From NCBI GenBank assembly GCA_053919585.1, contig CM132825.1: a DNA stretch of 64,000 nucleotides. The stretch is one strand, 5' to 3'. The notes under the pieces are model-generated. The model saw only the letters and a list, made by a program, of their open reading frames with translations. It made no database searches and had not been told where the DNA came from. A program made the position numbers and the translations under genes. This DNA is from Euprymna scolopes (Eukaryota). Positions 53,001 through 64,000 of the stretch are shown in pieces (position 1 is the stretch's first letter; every line of letters begins with the position of its first letter).

Positions 53001-55550
53001 TGAGGAAAGGTGACGGGCATGGTGGGGAAGAGTTAGACGACTACAGGCCCATAACTCTGCTAAACACAGAGTTGAAGATTTTGGCCAAGGTCCTGTCGAA
53101 TCGGCTACAGGTTGTTATCGACGAGTTGGTTGAACCGGAACAGAACTACACTGCGAAGGGGAGATCGATTCAGAACAACTTGCACCTGATACGCACGATC
53201 CTAGAGGGAAGGATAGATGACAACACAGAAGCCACGCTGATCAACTTAGATCAGTCCAAAGCTTTTGATAGGGTCGACCATCGTTTCTTGGCATCTGCCT
53301 TAGAGGTTTTAAACCGGACTTCTGCAAGTGGATCTCCGTGATATATCGACAGTCCACAGCCGTTGTGCAAGTCAACGGAAAGCGCTCGAAACCCTTTGTT
53401 ATCTCTCGGTTGGTTCGTCAGGTTTGTCCGCTGTCGCCCCTGCTCTATGTCCTGGCTTTGGAGCCCCTGCTCCGCAAGCTGAGACATGGGGAGGTAAATT
53501 CGGCCCTGCGCGAAATTGCAATACCTGGTGGCTCAGCCGCCAATGGATCCGCGTTCGCCGATGATGTCACGGTCTTTGTGTCAGAGACATCGATATCATG
53601 TTGGAGGCGCTCGCTCAGTACGAAAGAATTACAGGGAACAAGATAAACTGCAGCAAGTCGGTAGGACTGCGGGGGGAGCGCGTGGAGTGACAACGCCAAC
53701 TTCTCGGCGCCCTTCAGCTGGACGGATGGCCTTGTTCGGATCCTCGGCGTGTGGTTCGGACTAGGTCTCCAGCTTGACAAAAATTGGTTGGAGGTACGGT
53801 CTAAGGTGGAGGCTGCAGTCAATTCGTGGCTTCCTAGGAAACTTTCCTGAAAGAGTAGAGCTGAGGCGTGCGCCACTTACATCTTTCCTCTCATCCTTTA
53901 CCGACTGGCTGTACTTCCCCTGCTTGCACAACACCTAACAGCTTTCGTCGAACTCTTGTCCTGCTTCTTTGGGACAGACGAAGACACTGGGTGAGCAGAC
54001 AGGTCTGTATTCAACGTCCGTGTGAGGGAGGCTTGGGAATGCCGGACTTGAAGTGTCATCGAGACGCTGGCCTTCCTGAGCCACTATATGCAAGATGACC
54101 AACCGTGGCACCCCGTGGTTACTGCTGCCTTCCCTCGACCTCATTCTCAACCCTTCTATCGAGAGCCGTCGCAGACCGTGGGGAGAATCTGCCTACATGA
54201 AAGAGTGCCGAGCCATGCTAAACTGACTACCAAGGTCCAGCAACCTTGTGACTGCTACCCATAAGGAAGTACACAGGGATATAGTGAAGGGGGGCAGCCG
54301 ATGACACGCTATGCAAGCGTTTGGGTTGGCAGCAGAGTGAGATCCACTCCACGTGGAGCTGGGCGCCAGGTTCGAGTCATCTGAACAATCTGGCGTTCTC
54401 TCTGACCTGACGATTGGCCTGAAATACACTTCCACTCAACAAGATACAATGTAGTTCTGGGTTTTTGGAGTCGCCTGATTGTCTCCGTTGTGGGACAACA
54501 GCCGTAGAAACGACTGATCACGCTTTCTTCGATTGCCGCGAACTCCGCCGGTACTGGTCATAAGTTACAGCTCGCCCAATTACCGTATCCAATTTTGTGG
54601 ACAATGTGATGCTGCCATGGGACCGAGAAAGACAAATGGTCTACGTTACGATGCTGGCTGTGGCGAGTATGGTGATTTGGATGTCGCGTCTGCAAGGTTG
54701 CCGGGAGTGAGGTGTTGTCTTTTTCTGATCAGGATCTGATCGCTTTCTTTAAACACCAACTACGGATGAAGATCAGATGTGATAGAAGAAGGCTGCATTG
54801 CATGGCATTTGACAGAAGATGGATACATGTAGCAAGTCTGTGTGTACGAAGAGAAGCCAAATTTGAATACATGTTCCCCGCCTAGGTGTGGAACGCGCAG
54901 TTCCGTAAAGTAAAATTAAACAAGTAGCCTCTCAGCTAGCTGAGTGTGTGTTCCATCCTTCCCCGATTAGGAAGCCTCCAAGATCGCTACCCTCTCCTAC
55001 TTTCAATTTTTGTTTTCACCCCTCACTCTAAATTTCACCCATCTTGGAGAGAAAGAAATACAAACTAACCCCCATCTCACCCACAAAAATTTCTTTTTTC
55101 CATTTCCCCGCATCTAGAGGGTATCCCCACTTAGAGACTGGCCCGCAGAAGGCAGGTTCCTTTTACAAACCTAGTGGAATGGGCAGTCTATCAACTAGAC
55201 GGGGTTGGGAGGGTCCTACTAATCACCTTTTATTTTTAATTCCCCCGCCCTAGATGCAAATGAATTATTGTACCATTTTATTGTTATCTTTTTTGTTTTT
55301 ACACGTCAATAAAAAATGTTTTAAAAATTGGGAGGTAAGTAAGACGTCCCCCAGTATGAAAGGGTGAATGCGGTATTATGGTGACAAAAGATACTAGCTG
55401 GGAGAAACTTTTGATTTTGTTTAGTTCTCTAGTGATAAGGATGACCAACAACCCCTACAATCCCCCCTTTTGAGTTGGCCATGTGCCTAAGTTTTTTGTT
55501 CATTGTTGATTTTCACTGTATTTTTAACATGAATAAAGGATTTAATATCG
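50060..55550 (+). mobile_element. Tx1-clade (L1 group) non-LTR retrotransposon, 5'-truncated and degenerate: ORF1 ~50060-51519, ORF2 51551-54885, 3'UTR
   Basis: ORF1 remnant FSQYGKVE...VMVEG..HCWFC (RRM plus CCHC start). ORF2: MVLNLASLNARGLR, AAIQE, LMGDWNAILD (APE endonuclease); SPGLDGLPY, YRPITLLNTELKILAK, LDQSKAFDRVDH, CPLSPLLYVLALEP, SAFADDV (RT); EGGLGMPD and a C-terminal zinc knuckle. Many stops and frameshifts. Confidence 0.92.
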
Positions 55551-55750
55551 CAAAGTGTAGTATCTGCCGGAACAGATACTGCAAGTGACAACCCCACATA
55601 AAAGACCTTGGTCAATGTAGGGGCAACCCTTCATACCAATTGTCACTATCCAGTTCTCCTACTCCCTGGAGAGTTGGTCCCCATTTCCCCTTCACTCCTC
55701 ACATTAAAAATCGGCCTTGTGCCTAATTTGCTCGGTAAGGGAGCAAATAA

Positions 55751-55802
55751 ATACCCTTTTCTTAGCCTTTTGGCCAAGATCAAAGTGTAGTATCTGTTCT
55801 TA
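55751..55802 (+). pseudogene. U2: U2 snRNA 5' fragment (~nt 1-49: stem I plus branch-point recognition region)
   Basis: ttcttagccttttggccaagatcaaagtgtagtatctgttctta matches the invertebrate U2 5' end; the remainder of U2 is absent. Confidence 0.85.
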
Positions 55803-56524
55803 CTACACGCTGTACTTATGTCTGTAACTTTGTGATATAAAGTGGGGGATCACTTTTCTGTATTAATTTAATGTAAAACGATCACCCACTTTACAACCAG
55901 TCAGTCTCAAAGCCATTCAAGTAATTGCTCAGATCATTCAAGTTGTTTTTGAAGGATTCCAGTTATTTTTTAAGCATTCAAGTCATTCTTAAGGCCATTC
56001 AATTCATTCTTAAGTTCATTAAAGTCATTCTAAGTCATTTGCTTTATTTATTTAAGTCATTTCAGCTCATTTTAGTTTATCTTTAAGAATTTCATGTCAA
56101 TCTTACATTCACGCATTCATTACACGAGAGCATGAGACTAATGGCTATCGGCCTTGTTTTTACTTACACTTGTTTTTCTGCTTGATCATTTCTCTGTAAA
56201 TTTTGGAATTTATTTTTCACTAATTTTGACATGACACTTATTTTTTATTTTTTTTATTTTTATTTTTTATTTTTTTTTTACATAGAGGGAATTCTAGACA
56301 AGAATTAAGTAGAAAAAGTTGTTGTAAAGTTTTCAAAAAGTCTATATTTGATATTCCCGCTGAGTCCCCCCTTTTTTCTTTTAAAGAAAACAAATTAGTT
56401 CTCATTTTAAGCAAAAAATGTAATTATCTGCAATTACTAAGTCAGGAGGCAAGCTCCATAACTAAGGCTGGGCACCCAGGCTAGTTTTGAACAAAGAGAA
56501 GAGGTGGAGTCAATATTATCCAAG

Positions 56525-56990
56525 TCTCTATCAAGCATCAGCTTAAAATCAAAATTAGATGTGATAGAAAAATATTATATCTAATAGAATTCAAAAAAAG
56601 ATAAATACAAGTTGTGAGTATGAGAATGCAAAAAATTATACCTTAGCTTGTTAAATGAGTTTTTTTTTTTTTTTTTTAGTTGGAGAGATCCTTAATGATT
56701 CCTAATCCCGATTTTATTTTGACTAATTATTAGATTTATGTTAAGACAAAATTCACTTATAAATTCCACTTTATCCCACTCCTACTTAAAGATTAATCTT
56801 GTTCTGATCCTATACAAACCTGAAAAGTAAGCATTCTACACTTAGAAAGGGTTGGAAGGGTAGTCTTGATTCAACACTGGTTTATTATGTTTTTTGTTTG
56901 TTTGTAAGGGTGTTTTTGTTGTTGGCCTCCCTATCATTGTCCATAAATTGTACATATTTTTTTTGTAAATAAAAAAAAATTTTTTTTAAA
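56525..56990 (+). mobile_element. Older Tx1-clade 3' fragment
   Basis: Encodes IKHQLKIKIRCDRK..F.KR*I.V.S, matching the ORF2 C-terminus FKHQLRMKIRCDRRR..FDRRWIHVASL of the 50-55 kb element; ends aataaa plus an A-run. Confidence 0.65.
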
Positions 56991-57309
56991 CTCCTTGTGA
57001 AGGTTTTAAGTGAGATGGATTATAGAGTAAATAAATGTTCCTTAGATTTGCTTTTTTTTATTTATTTTATTTTTGCATATCAACGCTTTTCAGTTTATTT
57101 AATAACGAGTTCAGTCAATTTGGAAAAAAAATTTATGCTTCGAGTTCTTTGCATCTTCAAATATTTATTCATTGTGTTTGGTTTGGTTGTTTTGTTTTAC
57201 GGCATATCAACCTTTTTCTGGTTATTTTAATGCTGAATACAGTAATTTTGAAAAGTTTTCATACTTTCTAAAATTTACCAAAATGACACCTGATGTCCTC
57301 TATATACAC

Positions 57310-57670
57310 AGGTAGATTTTACGAGTTGCAGTGCACCCGAGTATGGTACAACATCATATTTGGCTCCATATCTGAATTACGTGTTGGCAGAAACTGACTT
57401 CCGAACTAACCCGTCCGTGGCCAAGTCTTTCCAACTCCATAGCCGGTGAGATGCACAGGCCATCTACAACTAAATAATGTTTTTGTAGCAAGGAGTTCTT
57501 TTTACAGGGTGAGGGTGCTGGCTCCACACTCAACCTTCCCAGAAGGTACATACAGCGCCTAGCCTTCCCAAATGGTCACCCATCTGGTACTGGCCAGGCT
57601 CAACGTTGCTTAACTTCGGTGTTCGGTGATCTGGCGAGAACCGGTGTGTCAACGTGATTGTGCCGTACAA
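57310..57670 (-). mobile_element. 5S rRNA-headed element (SINE3-like); 5S part ~57547-57670 followed by a non-5S body
   Basis: The minus strand reads tgtacggcacaatcacgttgacacaccggttctcgccagatcaccgaacaccgaagttaagcaacgttgagcctggccagtaccagatgggtgacc..gctgta (5S-like, with a 7-bp internal duplication and no oligo-T terminator). The 3' boundary is approximate. Confidence 0.75.
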
Positions 57671-57930
57671 GTCTTTATTTATCATTTTTTTCTTTTTCAA
57701 CTTCATTAACATTTCCTCTCATTTAAAATTTTTTTTCTCCCGCTTGATAAAACTGTTAGCAATAGACAGAGGCTGCTAAGCTAATTAGGGTCTAATATGA
57801 ATGTATATTGTTGCAGGTTTGATCTGTTCAGCTGCAGCACAGGGCGGTAGTTGAGCATTGTGGTGGGGCAAGAACCATGAAATAATAATCTGTAGCCAAC
57901 AAGTGTTACATTCCGACATCAAGCCTAATC

Positions 57931-59506
57931 TTTTTTTTTTTTTCAAAAAGGCATCACCACATTATCAAGGCCAAGAGGCCACTCAAGGATAAGGGTTAAA
58001 GAGTGTACAGTAGAAATTGGACAATATAGTAATCGATAGTAATGAAAATTTGGTAAATTTGATAACTTATATGGAACGGCTCATCAAGAACTTATTTACG
58101 TTAGACTTGAAGACAACCATATTGTAGTCAGCCGGAAAGCAGGAAAACGGAAGACAATTCCACAGGCGTGCAGTTCTAAGAAAGAAGCTTTGTTCATGGA
58201 ATCCACGTTTAGGTTTAGGCACAGATAAAGAGTGGGGGGAATTATTGATAGTGTTTACAGCTAGACGAGTGTTTCTTGTGAAAGTTTGGCGAGGGGGGAC
58301 CATAGATTGAAGCTCACTCGAACACTTTCCATGAAAATAACGATACATCTCTTCTGTGAGATAGAGGTTGCAAGGAAGAGAAAAGGACATCTCCTATGAG
58401 GCTACGAAGTCTATTTTGAACTCTATCAAGGCAGGACAAGTCCTTTCTAGCAGCTCCTGCCCAGATGTGGCAACAATATTCCATCCTTGGACGTACCTGG
58501 CTCTTATATAGATAGAGAATAGCATCAGCAGTGTGATATTTACTGGATCGATAGGAAGATCCCACCATTTTTCCAGTGGCCTTGGCAACAGATTTGATGT
58601 ACGTGTTCCATTTAAGATCAGGAGTAATGGTCAAGCCCAGAAGCTTGTCAAAACTTGAGGCCTCCTGAAGACGAGAGCCATTCATTTTAATTGATGCCAG
58701 ATGCCAGATGGGGATCAGAATGTTGATGATGTAAAGAGAGAAGCTTGGTTTTAGATGCATTAAAAATAACCAGCCACTCCTTTCCCCATTGTACTACGTG
58801 CTCAAGATCAGAGGAGAGAGAATTGGAGAGAACTTGGTCGTTTACTGTCTTAGATGTGCTACCATAAATGGTAGTGTCGTCAGCATAAATGTCTACAAAT
58901 GATGTAAAGATGTGATTTGGTAGATCAGGAAAAGAGTTGGGCCCAGGATGGACCCCTCAGGGACACCGGCATTAATACTGTGAGCTTCTGATTTTTGCCC
59001 CTCAACTACTACTCTTATGAACCTATCAGAGAGAAATGATTTAATAATTGAGAAGACATTTCCAGCTTTACCATAGCTAGAGATCTTATGAAGTAAACCT
59101 TTATGCCATACCCTATCAAAGGCCTTAGATATGTCAAGAGCAATTGCCCTAGAAAGGTTGCCTCCGTCAAGAGATTTGCTAATCCTATGAGATATAACTG
59201 TAAGCACATCTGCTGTAGATCTAGCAGAACGGAAACCATATTGAGTCTCACTAAGAAGGTTATTTTTGTTGAGATGGTTGATTACTTCTGTATTTAACAC
59301 AGATTCCAGAAACTTACTCATGACGCACAGGAGACTTATTGGCCTGTACTGAGAGGGGGATGAGCGATCACCTGAATTCTTAAATACAGGGCATACTGAT
59401 GAAATTTTCCAGGGAGATGGGAAACTATTCTCCTTAAGACAACGTTTAAACAGTTTTGTAAGTATGGGCGCTAGTTCAGGTTGAAGTTTTTTGAGTACTA
59501 TAATTG
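57931..59506 (-). mobile_element. 5'-truncated copy of the same CR1-group LINE family (RT domain to poly(A))
   Basis: ORFs 58893-59597, 58314-58760 and 58067-58390 are nearly identical to the 40-42 kb copy; YRPISLL, QYGFR, DISKAFD, VDIYADDTT; same 3' tail. Confidence 0.93.
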
Positions 59507-59529
59507 TATAGTATCTATATATAGTATAT

Positions 59530-59940
59530 ATATCTAAGAAGATCATATACTCCAGAGGGAACAAGATCGCAGCAGGAGTATGTATCTGATCGCACAATGT
59601 TGTGGACCCTCAAGAGAATCTGAGAAGATCTTGCCAACCCTGGCAAATACTAGAGACCCATATTCCAAGTGGGGACAAATCATTTCCTTGTAAAGCCTAG
59701 TCGGCAAGTGCCTTTCATGAGGAATTTGGTAGCTTAGGATATGCAACTTGTAATGTTCTTTATTAGGCTTTTGGATACGTAGACAAGTGGTTCTTAAACC
59801 TGAGATTGTTAGATATTATTGCTTCCAGCTAGTTGTGACATTTTGAGAATGGCACAAATGTGTCTTCAAATCAAATCTCATAGACAGGGATAAGAGAGAA
59901 ATATCTAGAGGACAATAGCATAACTGTTTTTGCTGAGTTA
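59530..59940 (-). mobile_element. Degraded CR1-type LINE 3' fragment
   Basis: LYKEMICPHLEYGSLVF resembles the LYK..VRPHLEY...VW thumb motif. Confidence 0.55.
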
Positions 59941-60808
59941 AACATGATGCCCAAGGCCTCCACCCTCTCAGACACAAAAACAAATGACTGTACACTAGAC
60001 TTGCTACCTTAACTGCTCTACATCTACAAATCAGTGAATACTTATTTATACTATTGTAATGTCCTGTACATACTTATATTGTCAAGATTTCATTTTCCTA
60101 TGAGGTCATCAGATTTAAACCTGTCACACATTTTTCATTATTATAATAATTTTTACCCATCAAAAACGTAATACGAACAAAAAAAAATCATACATTTTAT
60201 TTTATTTATAAATCATTTCAGATATCACAAAAAGATAATTGCAAATTAATAAAAGCAAGCAAAAAAAAAACAACCCCCCAAAACAAGCACAACAAAAGCT
60301 TTAAACAATAACAACTCTTACAAAAATTATAAAAAGGTAACAGAAAATAAAGTAACAAAAAATAAAGTAACAAAAAAGCAAACAACAAAAAAGCAAACAA
60401 CAAAAAAAGATACATGCGTTTGTTTTACAAAAAAGTAAAAAAACAAAAAATGATTTCATTGATAAAATTCATTTTTAAAAACAAAAAATAAAACAGAAAG
60501 CTTTCTAAAAGGTGTAAAACAGGCTTATATCAAAGTGTAGTATATGTGAGCATTTTAATGATTCCCAAAATGGAGGGAATCATTGAGAGGCAGAAGAATT
60601 TTTTATGAATAACCCTGCTAAATGGAGTTGTGAGGGACTCTGGAATAAAAATTAAAATTGCTTTAGTCTACAAGGATTTTTTCAATCACTGATCAAGGAG
60701 AAAAAAAAAAAAAAAAGATAGCACACTTTGCTCCAAATCAAAAGGGCAAAGAAATCACTTGTTATAATTTCTAAATTTAAACTAAAATAGAAGAAAAATC
60801 AATTCTAG

Positions 60809-61288
60809 TCAGCTAATGTACTTCCTAACTTCCGGCGTAATGTTACCAGAAGCGGTGAAAAAGCAAATCAATTCCTTCACCTTTTTCTCTCACGTTTATA
60901 TCTCCCCTGTGCATGTACTTTTTTTTATTATTACATTTTTCCAAACGTTTTTTTTTTGTTTTAATAATCATTGAAAAGTTGGGTTTTTTTTTTCATTTTA
61001 TTTTAATTAAGAATTATTGAAAACGTTTTGCACTCTTTTTTTTTTTTTTATAGAATTATTGAAAACACATTAAAATCTTTTTAAATAATGAACTATTTAA
61101 TAAAGACTGTGTTATATTCATCTGTATAATTTTTTTTCATTTTTATTCTATACTTTTCTTTAATGCCCTTTTCTTCTATTGCATGTCAATAGATCACTTC
61201 ACAATAGAAATGCTGAGTAACAATAAAAGTGAAAGAGCTGATTTGCCTTGATACACTGATATGCATGATATGCCGGAAGTCAGGTACA
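60809..61288. mobile_element. Fold-back MITE, same family as 1561-2141
   Basis: tcagctaatgtacttcctaacttccgg start; internal cctgtgcatgtactt is the reverse complement of 2033-2047. Confidence 0.65.
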
Positions 61289-61689
61289 AAATATTATATT
61301 AAATATTGTGGTTAACCTAATTGTAAAAAATTAATAATTAGCAAAAGAAAAATGATTTACAATAAAATTAGAAATTATAAAGTTTCTATAAAAAAAAAAA
61401 AAAAAAAATCTTTTTCACAGCATGATATGACTGAACTTTGGATCATGCTGCACAAGCGATTATAATAATTGATCGAATTAAGTGTCATTTGGGTGTAAAA
61501 TCTTTTTCTTTAGAATTTTATATAAAATTTAGAGAATAGCATTACATAACAAACGCAAGCAGATTATACAACAAAAGAAAAAAGCTGAATAAAAATACAA
61601 AAAAAAAAAAAATTTAAATATCAAAATAATTCTGGTTCTGTTGAATTTCTAAGTCATCTTTATGCTATTTTAAAAATAAACATGCATAA

Positions 61690-62072
61690 AAAAACGGTCA
61701 CCTTTCAAAAAGTTGAACTTTAGGGTTATTTGGAATGAAGATCATATTTAAAATTGTTGCCGACAAGTAGTTTTTAAGATATTAAAATTTTATTATCTAA
61801 TGTTTTCCATAATGGGTTTCATGATCAGTATTTTTTTTTTACTGCTGATAATACAAATTAAAGTAAACATGCATATTGAGCAGTTAATTATTTGTCAAGT
61901 GTCTTAGATAAAAACAAAATAGCGACCACTGAAAACTATTAGTAAATACATTTGATAATAAAGGTCTTAATATCCTAAAAACTACTCGTTGGCGACAATT
62001 TTAAATGTGATATTTGCTCAAAGCAGGCCCAAATATCCGTAAAAATTAACTTTTGAAAGATGAGAGTTTTAT
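61690..62072. mobile_element. Fold-back MITE
   Basis: atttaaaattgttgccgacaagtagtttttaagatattaa / ttaatatcctaaaaactactcgttggcgacaattttaaat. Confidence 0.65.
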
Positions 62073-62121
62073 TGATAGACATCGGCAATTTGACCCAAAA
62101 AACGTTATTAGACTGGTTTTA

Positions 62122-62624
62122 AACAAGCCGAGCATGCAGGGGCCCCCTCCACGAGCTAAAAATTTACTTTCACCATGTTTGTGCAAAATTTAAAAAAGAT
62201 TCAAGGAGTGGTTATTAAGAAAAGTGCAAACAAACAAAGAGACGAATGATTTTGACACCGGAGGGAGAAGGGGGAGGGGGACCCAGAGTTATCCTGGAAA
62301 ATCCTTTCTGACAAAAATGTACTTTCATCATGACTAATGTTTGTGGATAATTTAAAAAAAAAAAAAAAAAAAAAAATCCAAGGTGTGGTTATTGAAAAAA
62401 GTGCGAACAAATGAATGGACGGACGATTTGGTACAATTTATGTGGGCACCCAGAGTTATCTCAGAAAATCCGTTCTGGTAAAAATTTATTTTCACCATGA
62501 CTAATGCTTGTGCAAATTTTTTTTTTAGAATCCAAGGTGTGGTTATTGAGAAAAGTGTGAACAAACAGATGAACAGGAATGAATTATTAGGTCCAATCCC
62601 TCCTTTGTCAGGGGAGGACCAATA
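62122..62624. mobile_element. HINE-like element with ~3 internal tandem units
   Basis: aacaagccgagcatgcaggg..; repeated tccaaggtgtggttattga.aaaagtg; ends ggaccaataa. Confidence 0.6.
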
Positions 62625-62805
62625 ACTGTAGAATAGTTACCATAAAAACCAAAATCCTAAATCACAATGCATGCAATAATCCCTGTATAATAAACACTAT
62701 AAATAATAAATAATAGAAAAAAAATAATCTCTGTATAATAAACACTATAAATAATAGAAATTTTTTTTTTTTTATGCTGCATATTTAGCAATTTAAATAA
62801 ACTCT

Positions 62806-62840
<35 letters not shown>

Positions 62841-62879
62841 CTTTTTAACTAAAAAAGTTTAAGAGCTATGAAGATGGGA

Positions 62880-63180
62880 ACGGTACCATTAAAACAAGCA
62901 ACCTCTTGTGCTCCAAAATTTATTTTTCTACATAGTCACTCTCATTCTCAAAGCACTTTTGTCAGCAATGACTTATCACGGTGCACTTCATCATATATGG
63001 GCCGTTCTAAAAGTAGCCTTTTTTTTTTTAAACTGAAAAAGCTGAAAAGTTACGAAGGCAGGAATAGTACTATTAAAAAAAAGTAACCTTTTGTGCTCCA
63101 AACTTTATTTTTCTACATAGTCACCACCATTCTCAATGCATTTTTGGCAGGAATTCAATAACACATCTCTGCTTCTGACA
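62880..63180. mobile_element. Mariner-like terminal fragment with a local ~70-bp duplication
   Basis: gggccgttctaaaagtag end motif; tttatttttctacatagtcac..attctcaa occurs twice. Confidence 0.45.
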
Positions 63181-64000
63181 CCTGTCCATGACAAGGATTG
63201 TTTCTTAGAGTCTCACACTATTAATATTTACAACAGAAAGGTAAAACTTTCAGGTCACAAATGCATAAGTTCAGTCATCATAACAACGCAATCTGCAGTC
63301 CCCTCTGATCCATTCGAATGGAATGAAAAAAATAGGAGGCATTCATTAAAATAGGAAAATAGTTTCTAAAAACTGGTAAATCTCATCATAATTCCATTTG
63401 AATATTGTTATTTCTGGAAATTTATTTGCAGGAATGAAATGAAGTATTTTATTGTTCTGCAAGAAGATATCAGTTAATCCTAATCAATAGTAACTTCATC
63501 TACCCAGTGTTGCTCAGGTGAAGAAGAAAAAAAAAAAAAAAAACATTACTAGAGGCAAGAAAAGTTATCCATACCTGGATAAGCTTTTTCTAAGTTGACT
63601 CAAAATGTACAATCAAAGTTATTTGACATTGCGATAAAAAAAAAAAAAAAAAAAAAAACAACAACAAAAAAAAAAAAACACATGGCTGACAGGGGTAGCC
63701 ACGTGAGACCCTGATAATCATCCAAAAATCGAAAATTAAACAAAAATACAGGTGATACAAATATACAGTTTGATTAAACATTAAATCTTTGCCTAATCGG
63801 TGACAGTTACTACCTATATATATATATATATATATAGCAAGTTATAAAATGTATATGGCGATTAAGCTACACTGAACATTCCGCGTTTCATCCACTCTAG
63901 GATTCTCCAGGCTTATGTGCGAATTCTGTGGTTTTTTGTCGTTTTTATATGCTCATCTTCTATTGAAATTTTAGTTAGCCAATCAGCTTTCTAGTATCCA

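Noticed and set aside
55261-55320. Similarity between the Tx1 3'UTR (ttgtacc..cacgtcaataaaaaa) and the U2-element body (ttgtacc..cacgttaaaaaa)
   Set aside because: Too short and low-complexity to claim a shared SINE/LINE tail without a consensus alignment.
55751-55802. Functional U2 snRNA gene
   Set aside because: Only the first ~49 nt are present; stem II, the Sm site and the 3' stems are missing.
57547-57670. Functional 5S rRNA gene
   Set aside because: Internal duplication, substitutions, no terminator, and fusion to a repeat-like body.

Overview
AT-rich, microsatellite- and transposon-dense animal genomic DNA with three assembly gaps. The repeat content resembles a mollusc, plausibly an octopod cephalopod, but that is inferred from repeat families only. 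The only well-supported host gene is the 3' half of a translation initiation factor eIF4G on the + strand: 11 exons from 5676 to the stop at 27713, all with GT-AG junctions and consistent phases, encoding the linker, MA3 and W2 domains. The rest is mostly decayed mobile DNA: CR1-group LINEs, a near-complete Tx1-clade LINE, RTE, I, R4-like RLE and BEL-Pao fragments, mariner, non-autonomous Helitrons and Helentrons, many fold-back MITEs and a 5S-rRNA-headed element. The most striking unexplained signal is a recurring U2 snRNA theme. (1) Three copies of a ~195-nt U2-headed, tail-less retroposed element lie in eIF4G introns, one with a 15-bp target-site duplication. (2) A Tx1 LINE ends directly in U2 sequence and is followed by a cassette carrying a PSE-like motif plus the U2 5' end. 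(3) An isolated U2 micro-fragment occurs near 60.5 kb. (4) An intronic minisatellite repeats the perfect branch-point heptamer TACTAAC.
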